Below are positions 1 to 10,250 of a stretch of DNA of 64,000 nt, piece after piece. The translations under genes were made by a program, and so were the position numbers. How positions within the stretch are numbered: position 1 is the first letter of the stretch; every line of letters starts with the position of its first letter. Below the pieces are notes generated by a model. The model had not been told where the DNA came from. It did not search any database and saw only the letters and a list, made by a program, of their open reading frames with translations. Source of the DNA: Caecitellus pseudoparvulus (lineage: Eukaryota > Protista > Bigyra: Bicosoecida); contig CBFFRQ010000030.1 in assembly GCA_965644315.1 (NCBI GenBank), forward strand, positions 248,001 through 312,000, given 5' to 3'.

Positions 1-156
1 ACTCAGCAGATCGGCGCCGGCACGGGGGGGCTGCTCGTCACTGTATCCTGCGGCAGCTCACCTCCACAAGAGACAGACATTCAGCGCACCCTGAGATTGC
101 ACGGCCTACTTGGGAGCACACTCATCTTGCACAGTGTGGAGAGCAAGGCAGAGTGA
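1..156 (+). CDS. 3' end of an upstream gene, unknown product (partial)
   Basis: Open frame from base 1 (TQQIGAGTGGLLVTVSCG...HSVESKAE) to TGA at 154-156, tail-to-tail with the PITH gene. Confidence 0.45.
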   Translation, partial: TQQIGAGTGGLLVTVSCGSSPPQETDIQRTLRLHGLLGSTLILHSVESKAE

Positions 157-181
157 CGCGCAGTGGGTCGCGGCAGGGCAG

Positions 182-886
182 TCATGCTTTGCCCACGGAG
201 GCTGCAGCTGTGGCAGGGTCTTCCAACGCCTTGGCTGTGGGGCGCACCTCATACACCGCGTCGACGATGCCCCGCTTCCACTTCATGTTCACCCCCTTGA
301 AGCCGATGTAGTGGATCTTGCACTCTGTGTCTTCCCCGCCCACGGAGCGCGTGAAGAACATGGTCAGGGTGTGCACTGAGCTGAACTTGGACGTGCGCAG
401 GGGGTAGTCGATTTCGCCAGCCACGTCCACGTTCAACGCCAGGACTTGCGTGGCCTTCAACTCGTGGCCATTCTCAAAGTCAATGTCGTCCCTGTTCGTG
501 AACAGACGAACCTCCACCGGGTGCTGGGCGTCGCCGTCCCCCGCAATGCACACAGACTTGATCTTTGCCGCAGCGGTGAAAGGCACGTGGATGATGAGCT
601 CGGGGTCCCCCTCGTTGGACACGACGCGGCAAGACTTGTCAGCTCGGAACTCTTGGGGCCGGAACACTGTCTTGGCGCTGCCCTCCTCCTCCTCGTTCAA
701 TGCTCGCACCTTCTCCACGTCGATCAAGGAGTACAGGCTCTCGCCCTCGGCGTCTGCCTCTTCGTGGCAGCCACAGGCGCATCCTGCAGGGTGGTTACCT
801 GTACCCGAGGAAAAGCAGGGCGTGACTTGTGCATACTATAGTGTCACATATAGGGCTCGTGCGCAGCACGCACCAGCATTGGCCAT
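182..886 (-). CDS. PITHD1: PITH domain-containing protein (2 exons, intron 799-873)
   Basis: Spliced start MANAGNHPAGCACGCHEE..SLYSLIDVEKVRALNE; PITH motifs SNEGDPELIIHVPFT, LFTNRDDIDF, YPLRTSKF, IHYIGFKG, IVDAVYE. Confidence 0.9.
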
Positions 887-1148
887 CGTGCGGGCTTGGC
901 ACACTTGCGGAAATCGACTGCAACGCGAGCAAAGATGAAGTGCTTGAGCGTGAGAGTGGTTCAATCGCCACACTGAAAATGGGTTCAGCACATGTTTGGG
1001 ATATATAGTTTGAATTCTCTACCTGCAGTGCCCGCCTTTGGAACTGCACAGACAGGAACCACCCCCCCCCCTGAATCCGCTCGAAGGAGCACTGGAGCAG
1101 GCCCGCGTTTCGCAGCGCTCTGCGCAGCAGGCCTCCGAGCTGCATGGC

Positions 1149-2247
1149 TCACTGCGCGTAAACCTGCACGATGTCTCGTATGCGTTTTCGGCAGTAAGGG
1201 CAGTGCCCAAAACTGCTGTGGATCCGCTCTGCGCACGCTTTGCAAGCCAGATGGCCACAGTCATAGAACACCGTGTCGACATCCTTGTCCAAGCAAATGC
1301 CACACTGAGAAGCCAACACCATAGCTTGGTTGGGGCTGTATCCTGCAGATGCAGGCTGGGCAGCGCCTCCCGACTGCGCGTTGGCTCTCAACTCGGCAGC
1401 CTTTTCCGCAAGCTGCCCGCCTTGTTGCAAGTGACCCCAGGCTTCAGAGTCAGCGACCTGCACAGCTCGAATGTACGCTGCATACTGCTCACGAGCGACT
1501 TGTGCATCCCCAGTATCCTCGGGGTGCGCCTCTGGCGCAACAGCAGCAGAGCCCGCTAGCCTGCTCTCTGACCCGGATGACGCCCGCAGCACACCCAAAG
1601 CGGTGGCATTCATGAATAACCCTTGCCCAGGGCCACCAGCAGCGGCATCTTGATCCTCGCAAGCTCGGGCGTAGTTGCCCAGCAGCCATGACAAGCGAAA
1701 GGTAATGATGCCTGCCACGACGTCCACGATGAAGAAAGCGAACACAACGTAGACGATTTCCACGCCCTCGCCACCCTCTCCGTCGGAGCCCACAGTCAGC
1801 GTCAACAGGAACATGAGTGAGAAGATCCCCACCAAGCCAATGGCCAGTGTGGCGTGGCCGTACAGCGCCAGCTGGTTTAGGGTCACGGCACCGTAGAAGC
1901 CCATCGCAGACAAGACTGCCAGGCCCAGGTTCATGCCAAAGGAAATGCGCGCGATTCCAGGTCGAATCTGCAATGGCACATCCTCCGCTGCGGGTGTGCC
2001 ACGGGCTCTCCCAGCACAAAGCAGGCACACTCACAGCTCCGAGCGGCAGGCTTGCCAGCGCAAAGACCAGCTCCACTGCCACCACAATCAGGGTGAAGTT
2101 ACGGGCCCATCGGAGGTCTGACGGCATCCACCCGGTGTGCCGTCCTCCAAAGGTCGCAGGCAAATAGCGGGCCAGCAAAAACCTCTCTTCAGGGGCCGGC
2201 AACGCGGCCGGACGCGAAGCCCGGTCGCTGCGACGTGGACCAGACAT
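1149..2247 (-). CDS. Multi-pass membrane protein with C-terminal C3HC4 RING finger (putative E3 ubiquitin ligase)
   Basis: About four hydrophobic helices followed by CGICLDKDVDTVFYDCGHLACKACAERIHSSFGHCPYCRKRI; one intron (~1970-2033) joins the two ORF-track frames. Confidence 0.8.
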
Positions 2248-2422
2248 GCGCCGCACAGATTGCCAGCACAGGCGTGCCGAGGTCACAGCATGCACGATGA
2301 GTGCGTCATGCACAAAGCATGTAGGTCCACAGAGCCCAGCTTGGGTGGGATGGTGAAAATTGTCGGCTGTGCATTGCACCACCCGGGGCTAGGAAGTCTC
2401 GCGGAAGGCTCCAACGCCGAAT

Positions 2423-3719
2423 TTACTGCTGCTTCTTCTTGCTGGACGTGCCCTTTGACGACGGCGGGCCATCCGCAATGTCTGAATCGCACATGGAGGA
2501 GACGAGGAAGAACAGCAAGGCAAGCAAAGACAGCCCTCCAGCTGCGATGGCCACGCCAGACAATGGCCAGTACGGCACGACAAAGGCATTCCACAACAGG
2601 GTCGGGTAATGCAGCATCCCCTCCCGGTTCTTGGGCACCTCCCCGCGAGCCACTTCTTGCAGCCATGTCGTGATTTCATCCACCTCATTCACGCTTGCGT
2701 CGTCAAAGTACACGCCCGACGGCGCGTCCAGCACCAGGACACGGGGCAGGTCGCCGGGGGAAATGTTAAACTTAGCGACGTAGTCAGCCCACTTGGGCCC
2801 ATCCAAGATCCCATACCGGAAGGCTGTCGGGTGTGCCCGGCTCACCTCGCTGTCTGGCCGGGCCAGCTGCCGCAGACCGTCCACGAGGTACTCCTGCCCC
2901 TTGTTGGCTGGATCCACGATGCCGATGACAAGCATGCGCCCCCCCTTGTGCGCAATGTCAAAGAACACGCCCGGCCCCAGGTGGGTCAGACTCGCGAACC
3001 TGTTGTCTTGCACCCAGCTGCCCAGCCCAGACTGAGTAGGCTCACCCCCGAACACTTGCACAGGCTCCTCGGCCTCCAGGCGAACGACGGAGGGCACAAT
3101 TGCGACGCCATCCACCGCCTCCAGCCTCCCGAAAGAAAACGAACCGTGATTGGCCTTGGCGACTGCTGCAAACGCCTCCCAAAGCTTGCCCTGTGCCTGC
3201 CCCACGTATGCGAAGGCAACATCCCCAGGGGACGCCACGAGGGCATCCACACCCACACCCTCCACGACCTCAGGACCAGACACCCGCGAAGCGAATGCTG
3301 CTAGGTGCTGCTTTGTACGCTGACCAGAGTAAACTTGCATGTTGCTGCCCGAGCCCCACATGATCCGGGGGTACGACGTGATGCCAAACTGCCCCTTCAC
3401 GCCAGACGCCTCGGTCGCATCCACATTTGCCCAGCGCACAGAAGGAACTTCAGCCGCTGCAGCTGCAAACTCTGGAGCAAGGCGCTTACAATGCCCGCAC
3501 CACTGTGGAAGCACGCGTGGGCGCAACATGGGCGTGCCACATTGCTCGCCAGCAGCATCCTGCCGCACGTACAGGCGCTGTGAACTTCACCATCCACAGG
3601 CCTTCAGAGACAGAAGAGGTGAAATTACCATCCCCCAGCTCAACCACAGGGTTTGCCTCTGTAGCGAGCACGGCATAGGTGCCCACCGCAGCCAACAACA
3701 GGCGCAAGCCTTGTTTCAT
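2423..3719 (-). CDS. TMX3: Transmembrane protein disulfide isomerase, TMX3-like
   Basis: Signal peptide MKQGLRLLLAAVG; active site APWCGHCK split by an intron; redox-inactive b/b' domains; C-terminal TM helix and di-lysine ER-retrieval tail KKKQQ. Confidence 0.8.
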
Positions 3720-4081
3720 GTCTGGCAAGCGTTTCAACTCGAAACTCCACGCCTGCCCTTGAAGACTCAGGAAAGATGAAGAGGCGCAACCCAAGACTCT
3801 GAGGAGAGAAACCTGCCAGTTACATAACAAGGCAGATTCTTTCATGAGGCGGCGTCGAAGTACCAAGTGGAGTCGATTGCACCGTCCCACGCACAGCACA
3901 GGGTCGAATGGACAGCCAAGGATCCACCCTCAGAGCAGCCATGTCCAGGAGACTTCTCGCTTGTGCATGCTCGACCCTACCCCGCAGGCTCTGCAGCACG
4001 GTCACCACGCCGGTATCCACGCCCTCTACAGCCTGCAAACCCTCCTGCTGATGGGGGGTCGCGCATTCTCTCAATGATGGT

Positions 4082-5735
4082 GTGGCTCTGTGTCGCGCTT
4101 CAGGATTTCAAGCTGCAGGCCAAACGTTCCCAGGCTGCTCACGGGCATCATCGGTCTTGATACATGCCGTGTGCATGCTCTCGTGCTTCTCGGTGGCCCT
4201 CGGCGCCGTGCGCGAGGTGCCAATGGCGGCGGCGCCGTACTGGGGCACAACAGACGTTCAGCTGTCCTGGCCGCCGACCGGCTGGAGTGGGAGTGAGGGC
4301 AATGGGAGCATTTGGATTCTTGTTGGCCCCAAGGCAGACACATCAGCACAAGCTGCACTGTTGTCGACAACCAATGTCACGTCTGTGACGGGGCTGGACC
4401 TGCCGCTGTCCTGGCCCGTGGAGCGCCTGGTGCACCTGCGATTCGAAGGCTGGAACGCCTCTGCTGCTTCTGCTGTGATTTCAGAAGCCCATTTGCACAC
4501 CTTACAGCATGTGCCTGGGTCAAAGGCATCCTGGCTCCGGTTTGATCTGGCCCACGAGCTGGTGCCGTGCAGCCACCCCTCCAGGCTGCACAACGAGCCG
4601 TGTGATGGCGCACAGCCAGCCATGTGGCTGCGGGTGGACACTGACGTGCTGTTTGCCGGCAATGACACCTCAGAGTCGAGGACGTTGGCGCTGGCCTGGG
4701 AAACTGGTGACCCCGCTCCTGGGAGTCTTCCGGCTCCTGGCTCACTTTCGCAGCAACCGTTAAGCGGCGCTGCATCCCGCTTGGTACAGATCGCCGGCTC
4801 GTGGAAGCATGCCTGTGCTGTGAGGCGGGACTGGAGTGTTGTCTGCTGGGGCCATGCAACCAAAGGAGGGCTGGGAACCGGGGATTTAGGAACGTACGGA
4901 AACACGCCAGACACAGTGCACACCCACGCTGGGCGTTCTGTGCCGATCGGGCCTGTGCGAGCTGTTTCTGTTGGAGACCTGAACACATGCGTGCTAAAAC
5001 GGGACGGGCGGGTGGCGTGTTGGGGGGATGGGTAGTTTGGAGTACACGGCCAGAATACGACGAACAACCTTGGTGACGACCCGGGGGAGATTTGGCCAGG
5101 CATGCATGTTCCCATCGGTGACAGCATCGTCGCGGTGGAAGTGGGCAACTTCCACGCTCTTGCCATTCGATCTGATGGCTCAGTTGTATGCTGGGGGACC
5201 GGAAACTTTGGGATTTGTGGTTATGGGAGCTTTGGTGACGTGAATGTGATGAACGGCAACCTGGACGCTTCTCTGTCCATCCCGATCGGCGGTCCCGCAC
5301 ACGCTGTAGCTGCGGGTATTGGGCACTCATGTGTTATTCGCGCAGACCTGTCCACAGTTTGTTTTTTATTTTCCCTTGATGGTCAGCTAGGATACGGCAG
5401 TATGCTTGGGTTTGGGAACTTGCCATCCCACAACATCTCAGCTGCAGTTGTGCCAGTTGCACCGCTTGTGGCCATTCACATCGCTGATGATACCACGTGT
5501 GGCCTGCGCCTGGATGGTGGCATCGTGTGCTGGGGCAAGAACACGTTTGGCATGCTTGGCCAGGGGCATGAGGACAGCCTCGGAGATGATCCTGGCGAAG
5601 TTCATCCGGGGCTCATGGTGCCCGCAGGGACTGACTTCGTCGCGGTCGCAACAGGGCGAGAGCATGTTTGCGGAGTGCGTTCCAATGGCGCCATGTACTG
5701 CTGGGGAAATGGCTTTGGTGGGCAGTTAGGAAGTT
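4082..5735 (+). pseudogene. RCC1/BLIP-II repeat protein, disrupted
   Basis: Repeats of H.CA...DG.V.CWG....G.LG; in-frame TAG at 5033-5035 inside a repeat (CWGDG*FGVHG) with the same frame continuing into ORF 5102-5902; repeat pattern lost after GGQLG at ~5730. Start is uncertain. Confidence 0.7.
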
Positions 5736-8700
5736 CAATGCATTGTAGCCTCTTGTTTTCACCACACTCACCTCACACTTGCTCCTCGATGAGAAGAGGG
5801 CTGGGGGGCTCGCTTGGCCCGTACACATATCTTGCACTAAACATGGTAAGTCACCATGTGAAACGAGCTTGCTCTTCTCAGAACATGGTAGTTTTATGTT
5901 AGTCGTCGTCAATCAGGCGTTCGGCGCCTGTTGGGCGAGTTGGGCGCGGGTTTCGGCCTTGGCGTGTTGGGGGCGCCGCAGTGACCCCGCGACCCAAAGC
6001 GGACCCGCCGCGCGTTACGACACTGGGAATTTCAGAATAACATCTTAGAATGCACTATCAACCCAAAGCAAGCTTTTATCACTCACTTTCTTGCTCCTCT
6101 GCTGCGCCACCTCGCCCGGGAGTGAGGTGGCTTGGCATGGTCCAGGCGGCAGGCGGCCGTGTAGCGGGCTCGCCGCGCGAGGTCCGCGGCGGGCTGCCCG
6201 CGTCCCATGCCTGCGCCCTGAAGTTGAGCTTCTACTACGTGATTAAACACTGCCCCACAATACCGGATGCACGTTTTCAGGACTTCCACCCATCCGGGAG
6301 GTGCGGCGACCACCTCATGGGGCCAGTCGAAACTATTGCCGCGTGCGACCTTCCAGAAGGCAGAAAGGTGCCAGATTTAGAGCTCATGAAGCAAAACTCT
6401 TACGAGCTGTAGAACTGCTTTAAGGAAGTGAAAGTTTTCGACTGGCGTGCTTGTAGGGTTTCTACCCTGCCTCCGGACGAACCGCCTCCCAAGAACCACC
6501 CCCAGTATGGTCTAACTTGATGTCAAAAACAAGAGTACTGTGAAATGTATAAACCTCAGCTAGAAATTGACCCTGGTACGTCCCATTGTACATGAAATGT
6601 CCACTTCAGACCGCAACATGAAGACGACGACGATACTTACGCTCCACTACAGCTCTGCCACCAGCCAAACCGTTTCGAACGTGTGCAAAATCAAAGATGA
6701 TATCCCAAGAACAAAGCCGAGTGCAGTCTCCCGAACAGTACCTTGTTGCATCCAACCTTCAAGCCCAGCTCTCCTTCGAACCATTGCCTGTGAATGAGGA
6801 TGCGTGAGTATAAAAGCAATACTATGCACAAGCAAATTAAGAGCAATTGGAGTCCAAACTTTCTAGTGTCCAAAACTAAACCAATCACGTCATTTCAGCT
6901 GCAACGCACACTGAGAGCAGCCCTTTTCTTGCTAGAAACAACAATCATTGCGCTCTATTTGAGTTCAATCTTTGCAAATAACCACGCTTGTAATCATGTA
7001 TGTCCGCCAATCCATCAAAAAGGAGCTCGATTCATCGGGCAGCAACCGCAGGTGGTAATGTGCTACGGAATATTCTGCAAATACCTTTTAGAAATCTGGT
7101 GCATGTGAGCGTCCCTAAGCACAGAGCTAACATGTCAAACAATTGTTGAGCTTGCTATGCAATAGCATTGCATAGTGTGCCATCCCTCGGGCACTAAGTT
7201 CTACCAATAAAATGATTGGATGCTATTCAAATATGGCTCTTTACCACATGAGACTGGTCACAGTCCTCAACAAATCTTTAGAAATCTCCATTTCAGTGAT
7301 GATGCCGGCTCTCTAGGCATTGAAGCAGGAAACGTTTGATCAATGATGACGCTTGTTCTGTTGCTGAGTGCCTGGGCCGTGGTTTTCTACCGATGCTTGC
7401 ACGCAGACCCACATGATTGTGTACTTTTATTCTCAAAGTGCGGTAGCCACCTTACAAGAAGATCATGCGGAGAACAGAACTCGATGGAATCGCTTGCTGC
7501 CTGAAAGTGTGCTTGCCAAAGTAACACACATGAACGTTCCCGTCCAGACTTTTCCTACTTTGAATGCCTCAAGCACACCATTCTTCTGTAGGAACAGCAG
7601 CATCCCCTTCAATCGACCGCCACCATTCTCTTTAGGAAACAACATGGATGCTCTCTTGATGCTGATGAAAAGTATGGAAATTCGAACTTCTAGTTCCCAA
7701 GAGTGTTCGTTCTCGCTCGTATGCTTCAGTTCAAGCAATGAAGTCGCGATTGCATTCATGTAAGAGATTATATAGCTTTTGTCTGTTCATAGCTCTCATT
7801 CTCCTGCTTCGTACGGCCAAAGTGCATGCAAGACACGGTGCTTGGGCGGCATCCAAGACCTTCTATGCGCTGAGGAGGCCCAGCCTTCTCAGAAACGGTC
7901 ATGAGAGAGTTTGCTCGCAGCCACGCGCTTCCATTCTGAGCCACTAGCGATTGAATAATGAAGCTCATTCCTCCTGGCTGTTTTATTCTTCTTCCATTGT
8001 GATTTGCGTTTCTGAAGTTTCTCTTTGGCATGTCGAGGTGTATGAATGTCTGGAACAATTCATTAATGCTCCACCTGATATTTCGCTTCGTGCGCTTACT
8101 TGGGTTTTTGCATGAATTGAAATGCGTTAGCACCTTTCCTTTTGCGACGGTATCTGTTTGCGCACGCTGCTCTGGTTTGCGAATGCCTTTTTGCTACAGT
8201 GAGTGCCACCAGTGTCGCTTGCCACTCGTCAGCACAGTTCGAGTTGTTCTTGTTGTTGCTTGCATCCACGCAGCACGTTGTGTGAGCTCATTTAGCTTGC
8301 GGTGTGTGCAGGTGAGGTTGTTGGTGCTGCATTGGCTCTCTTGCTCGAGCTAGGCTGTTGAGTGTTGACGAAGGGGTGTGGACTTCCAGCAAAGTCACTT
8401 GCAGCGGTTCTTGATGTTCACACGTGATGTTTGCGCGAGTAGACTTGTGGGGGAGACGAGAAGGGATGACACTTGCTGCCTCGCGGGCCGGACAGTGCTC
8501 GGCCTGGTGCTGCTGGTCGGCGACTCTTTGGTTGTTCAAGGTGCTACTCTTTGGATTCTCGAGTCGGGTTTCAGCGCATGCCAGCTTGGTGGAAGTTTTC
8601 TCGCCCTGGCTGCGCGCTGTTTTCTTGTTTCTCTCGCATACGAGACTTGCGTCGCAAGCTGATTCTCTCCTTCGGTGCGAAACACACGTTCGCTCAAAAC

Positions 8701-8760
8701 CCAAAGTTCCAAAAATATTCACACGACATCCACAATCAGGATATTGAAGCTTCTTTGGTG
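5736..8760. other. Low-GC island with no recognisable intact gene
   Basis: Sampled lines in 6540-8200 are about 37-52% GC versus >60% in the flanks; only short ORFs; by far the largest gene-free gap in the window. Confidence 0.75.
6224..6575 (+). pseudogene. Possible decayed exon fragment of an unknown gene
   Basis: Protein-like frame LSFYYVIKHCPTIPDARFQDFHP...NSYEL*NCFKEVKVFDWR...HPQYGLT*CQKQEYCEMYKPQLEIDP between an AG and a GTACGT donor at 6576; two in-frame stops. Confidence 0.3.
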
Positions 8761-8824
8761 TGCTGCAGCGCTGTGGCTCCTGCTCCCATCCGCACTCGAA
8801 CCCCAGTTTCATCCGCGTTTCGTC

Positions 8825-9166
8825 ATGGCCAGTCTTGATCAGAGCATTCAGCAAGCTCTTCCCCAAGCGGTTGAGACAGATGAGCAGAAGAACCCTTATA
8901 TTTGCGGGAGTGCGTTGTCCCATGCCGAAGAGGCGTGTGCCTGTCGTTGCGTACGCTGGTGTGGCCTTGCTTCTGGCGTGCAGGCTGCGGAAAAGTGAAC
9001 TTCATCACAGCTCGTGATGCTGTTCGGTGCAAGGCTTGCGGGGCTCGGATCCTGTACAAGCCACGAACAAACAAAGGTGTGACTTGACTTTGCTGTGTGG
9101 TGCCGCAAGTGTGCGATACAGCCCCCGAATGCGTGTTGTGCAGTGACCGAGTATACGGCCCGGTAA
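8825..9166 (+). CDS. RPB12: DNA-directed RNA polymerases I/II/III subunit RPABC4 (3 exons)
   Basis: Spliced product ...PYICGSCGKVNFITARDAVRCKACGARILYKPRTNKVTEYTAR*; two CxxC pairs and the RPB12-type C-terminus. Confidence 0.92.
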
Positions 9167-9197
9167 GGGTGGGGGTTTTCAGGTCAGCTCGGCTGGC

Positions 9198-10004
9198 CTA
9201 CGCCTGGAGGCCCACGAAGGTCGCCGTCGGATACCTGTGTCGGCAGTTGGTGGTGTGCAGGGTGCCTAAGGCTTGCCGGTGATGTCAGCACGCACTTTTC
9301 GAGCAATGTCGGCCACTGGACGAGCACAGAGTCCGCAAAGGTGTACAGGATGCGCCCTGATAGGGACATGGTTTTGACCCGGCACACGCTCTCGACGAAA
9401 ACTATAGAGCAGCTGTTGAGTCCAAGTAGCCTCAGCCCAATTGCCGCCAAGGCAACTGGAATGCATGTTCCTGGCCCATTCACCAAGAGCAAGTGAGGCG
9501 ACACGTCCCACACGATCCAGAGACAGCGAAGCAAAGAGTTCAGGGTACTGAAAACCGATGACGCCCAACCTTGCCCGACTTCGCGAGCTCTTGGAATGGT
9601 TTGCCATTGAACTTCGGAGTGTCTCGTTGGCAAGCCCGCGCTCCACGCCTGCGGCATGGCAGAGAGGGGTGCCAGGTTGCAGCGGAGGCAGTCCAACTGC
9701 CACGCACAGTCGATGCCATCAACCTTGCAGCACTACTGGTGTCGCTTTCTGCAGTGATGAACGTCAGGGCGCCATGTGGAAGTGCCATGTTGCCAAGTAG
9801 TGAGCACATCTCGCCAGTGTGGCCTCCAGAGCCAAGTACGACAAGGCTCTTGAAGTGGCTGTCTGCCACAGGTGGTGATTGAAATCCTCCGCCACACCTG
9901 GCTGGCCACCTCCTCCATCCTATGTACAGGAGGCGCGCCACGGCGCCCGCAATGACAAGGGCTGGAAGGAGCGGAAATTGCCAGGACTGCGTGGGCCAGG
10001 CCAT
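9198..10004 (-). CDS. ALG14: UDP-N-acetylglucosamine transferase subunit ALG14 (intron-containing)
   Basis: Motifs VVLGSGGHTGEM, IPRAREVGQ, NGPGTC, VFVESVCRV..SLSGRILY, VQWP; N-terminal TM helix; last exon YPTATFVGLQA* (TAG). Confidence 0.92.
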
Positions 10005-10250
10005 CGTCGAAGACACGAGTGATTCGCCGCAATTCTTGCAGGATAGGTAACGACATTATCTTAATGCAACGTGTACCCCAAAAACCACGCCTCCTGCAGA
10101 AGGTTGTGGAGGTTGCCGGCTTTTGTGCGCCGCATTTGCGTCTGCCGATGCTTGGGCAAGTCTCCGGCGCAAGCAAATTTTCCCACCCCCACCCGCTTCC
10201 GGATCTGTGCTTCCCCCACCGTTGTGGATCGTGGTTCGCTTGTTGTCAAT

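Noticed and set aside
950-975. tRNA T-arm-like GTGGTTCAATCGCCAC
   Set aside because: Stem register is off and there is no D-arm, anticodon arm or acceptor stem.
5033-5035. TAG reassignment (alternative genetic code) suggested by the in-frame TAG
   Set aside because: ALG14 (9198) and COQ9 (18392) terminate on TAG, and long conserved genes contain no in-frame TAG.
5905-5960. Hammerhead-like pieces on the minus strand (GAAAC and CTGATTGA)
   Set aside because: The core does not match CUGANGA, and stems II/III and the cleavage triplet cannot be formed.
7155-7175. Perfect 9-bp inverted repeat CTATGCAAT-AGC-ATTGCATAG
   Set aside because: A single short hairpin with no matching element ends; not enough to call a mobile element or terminator.
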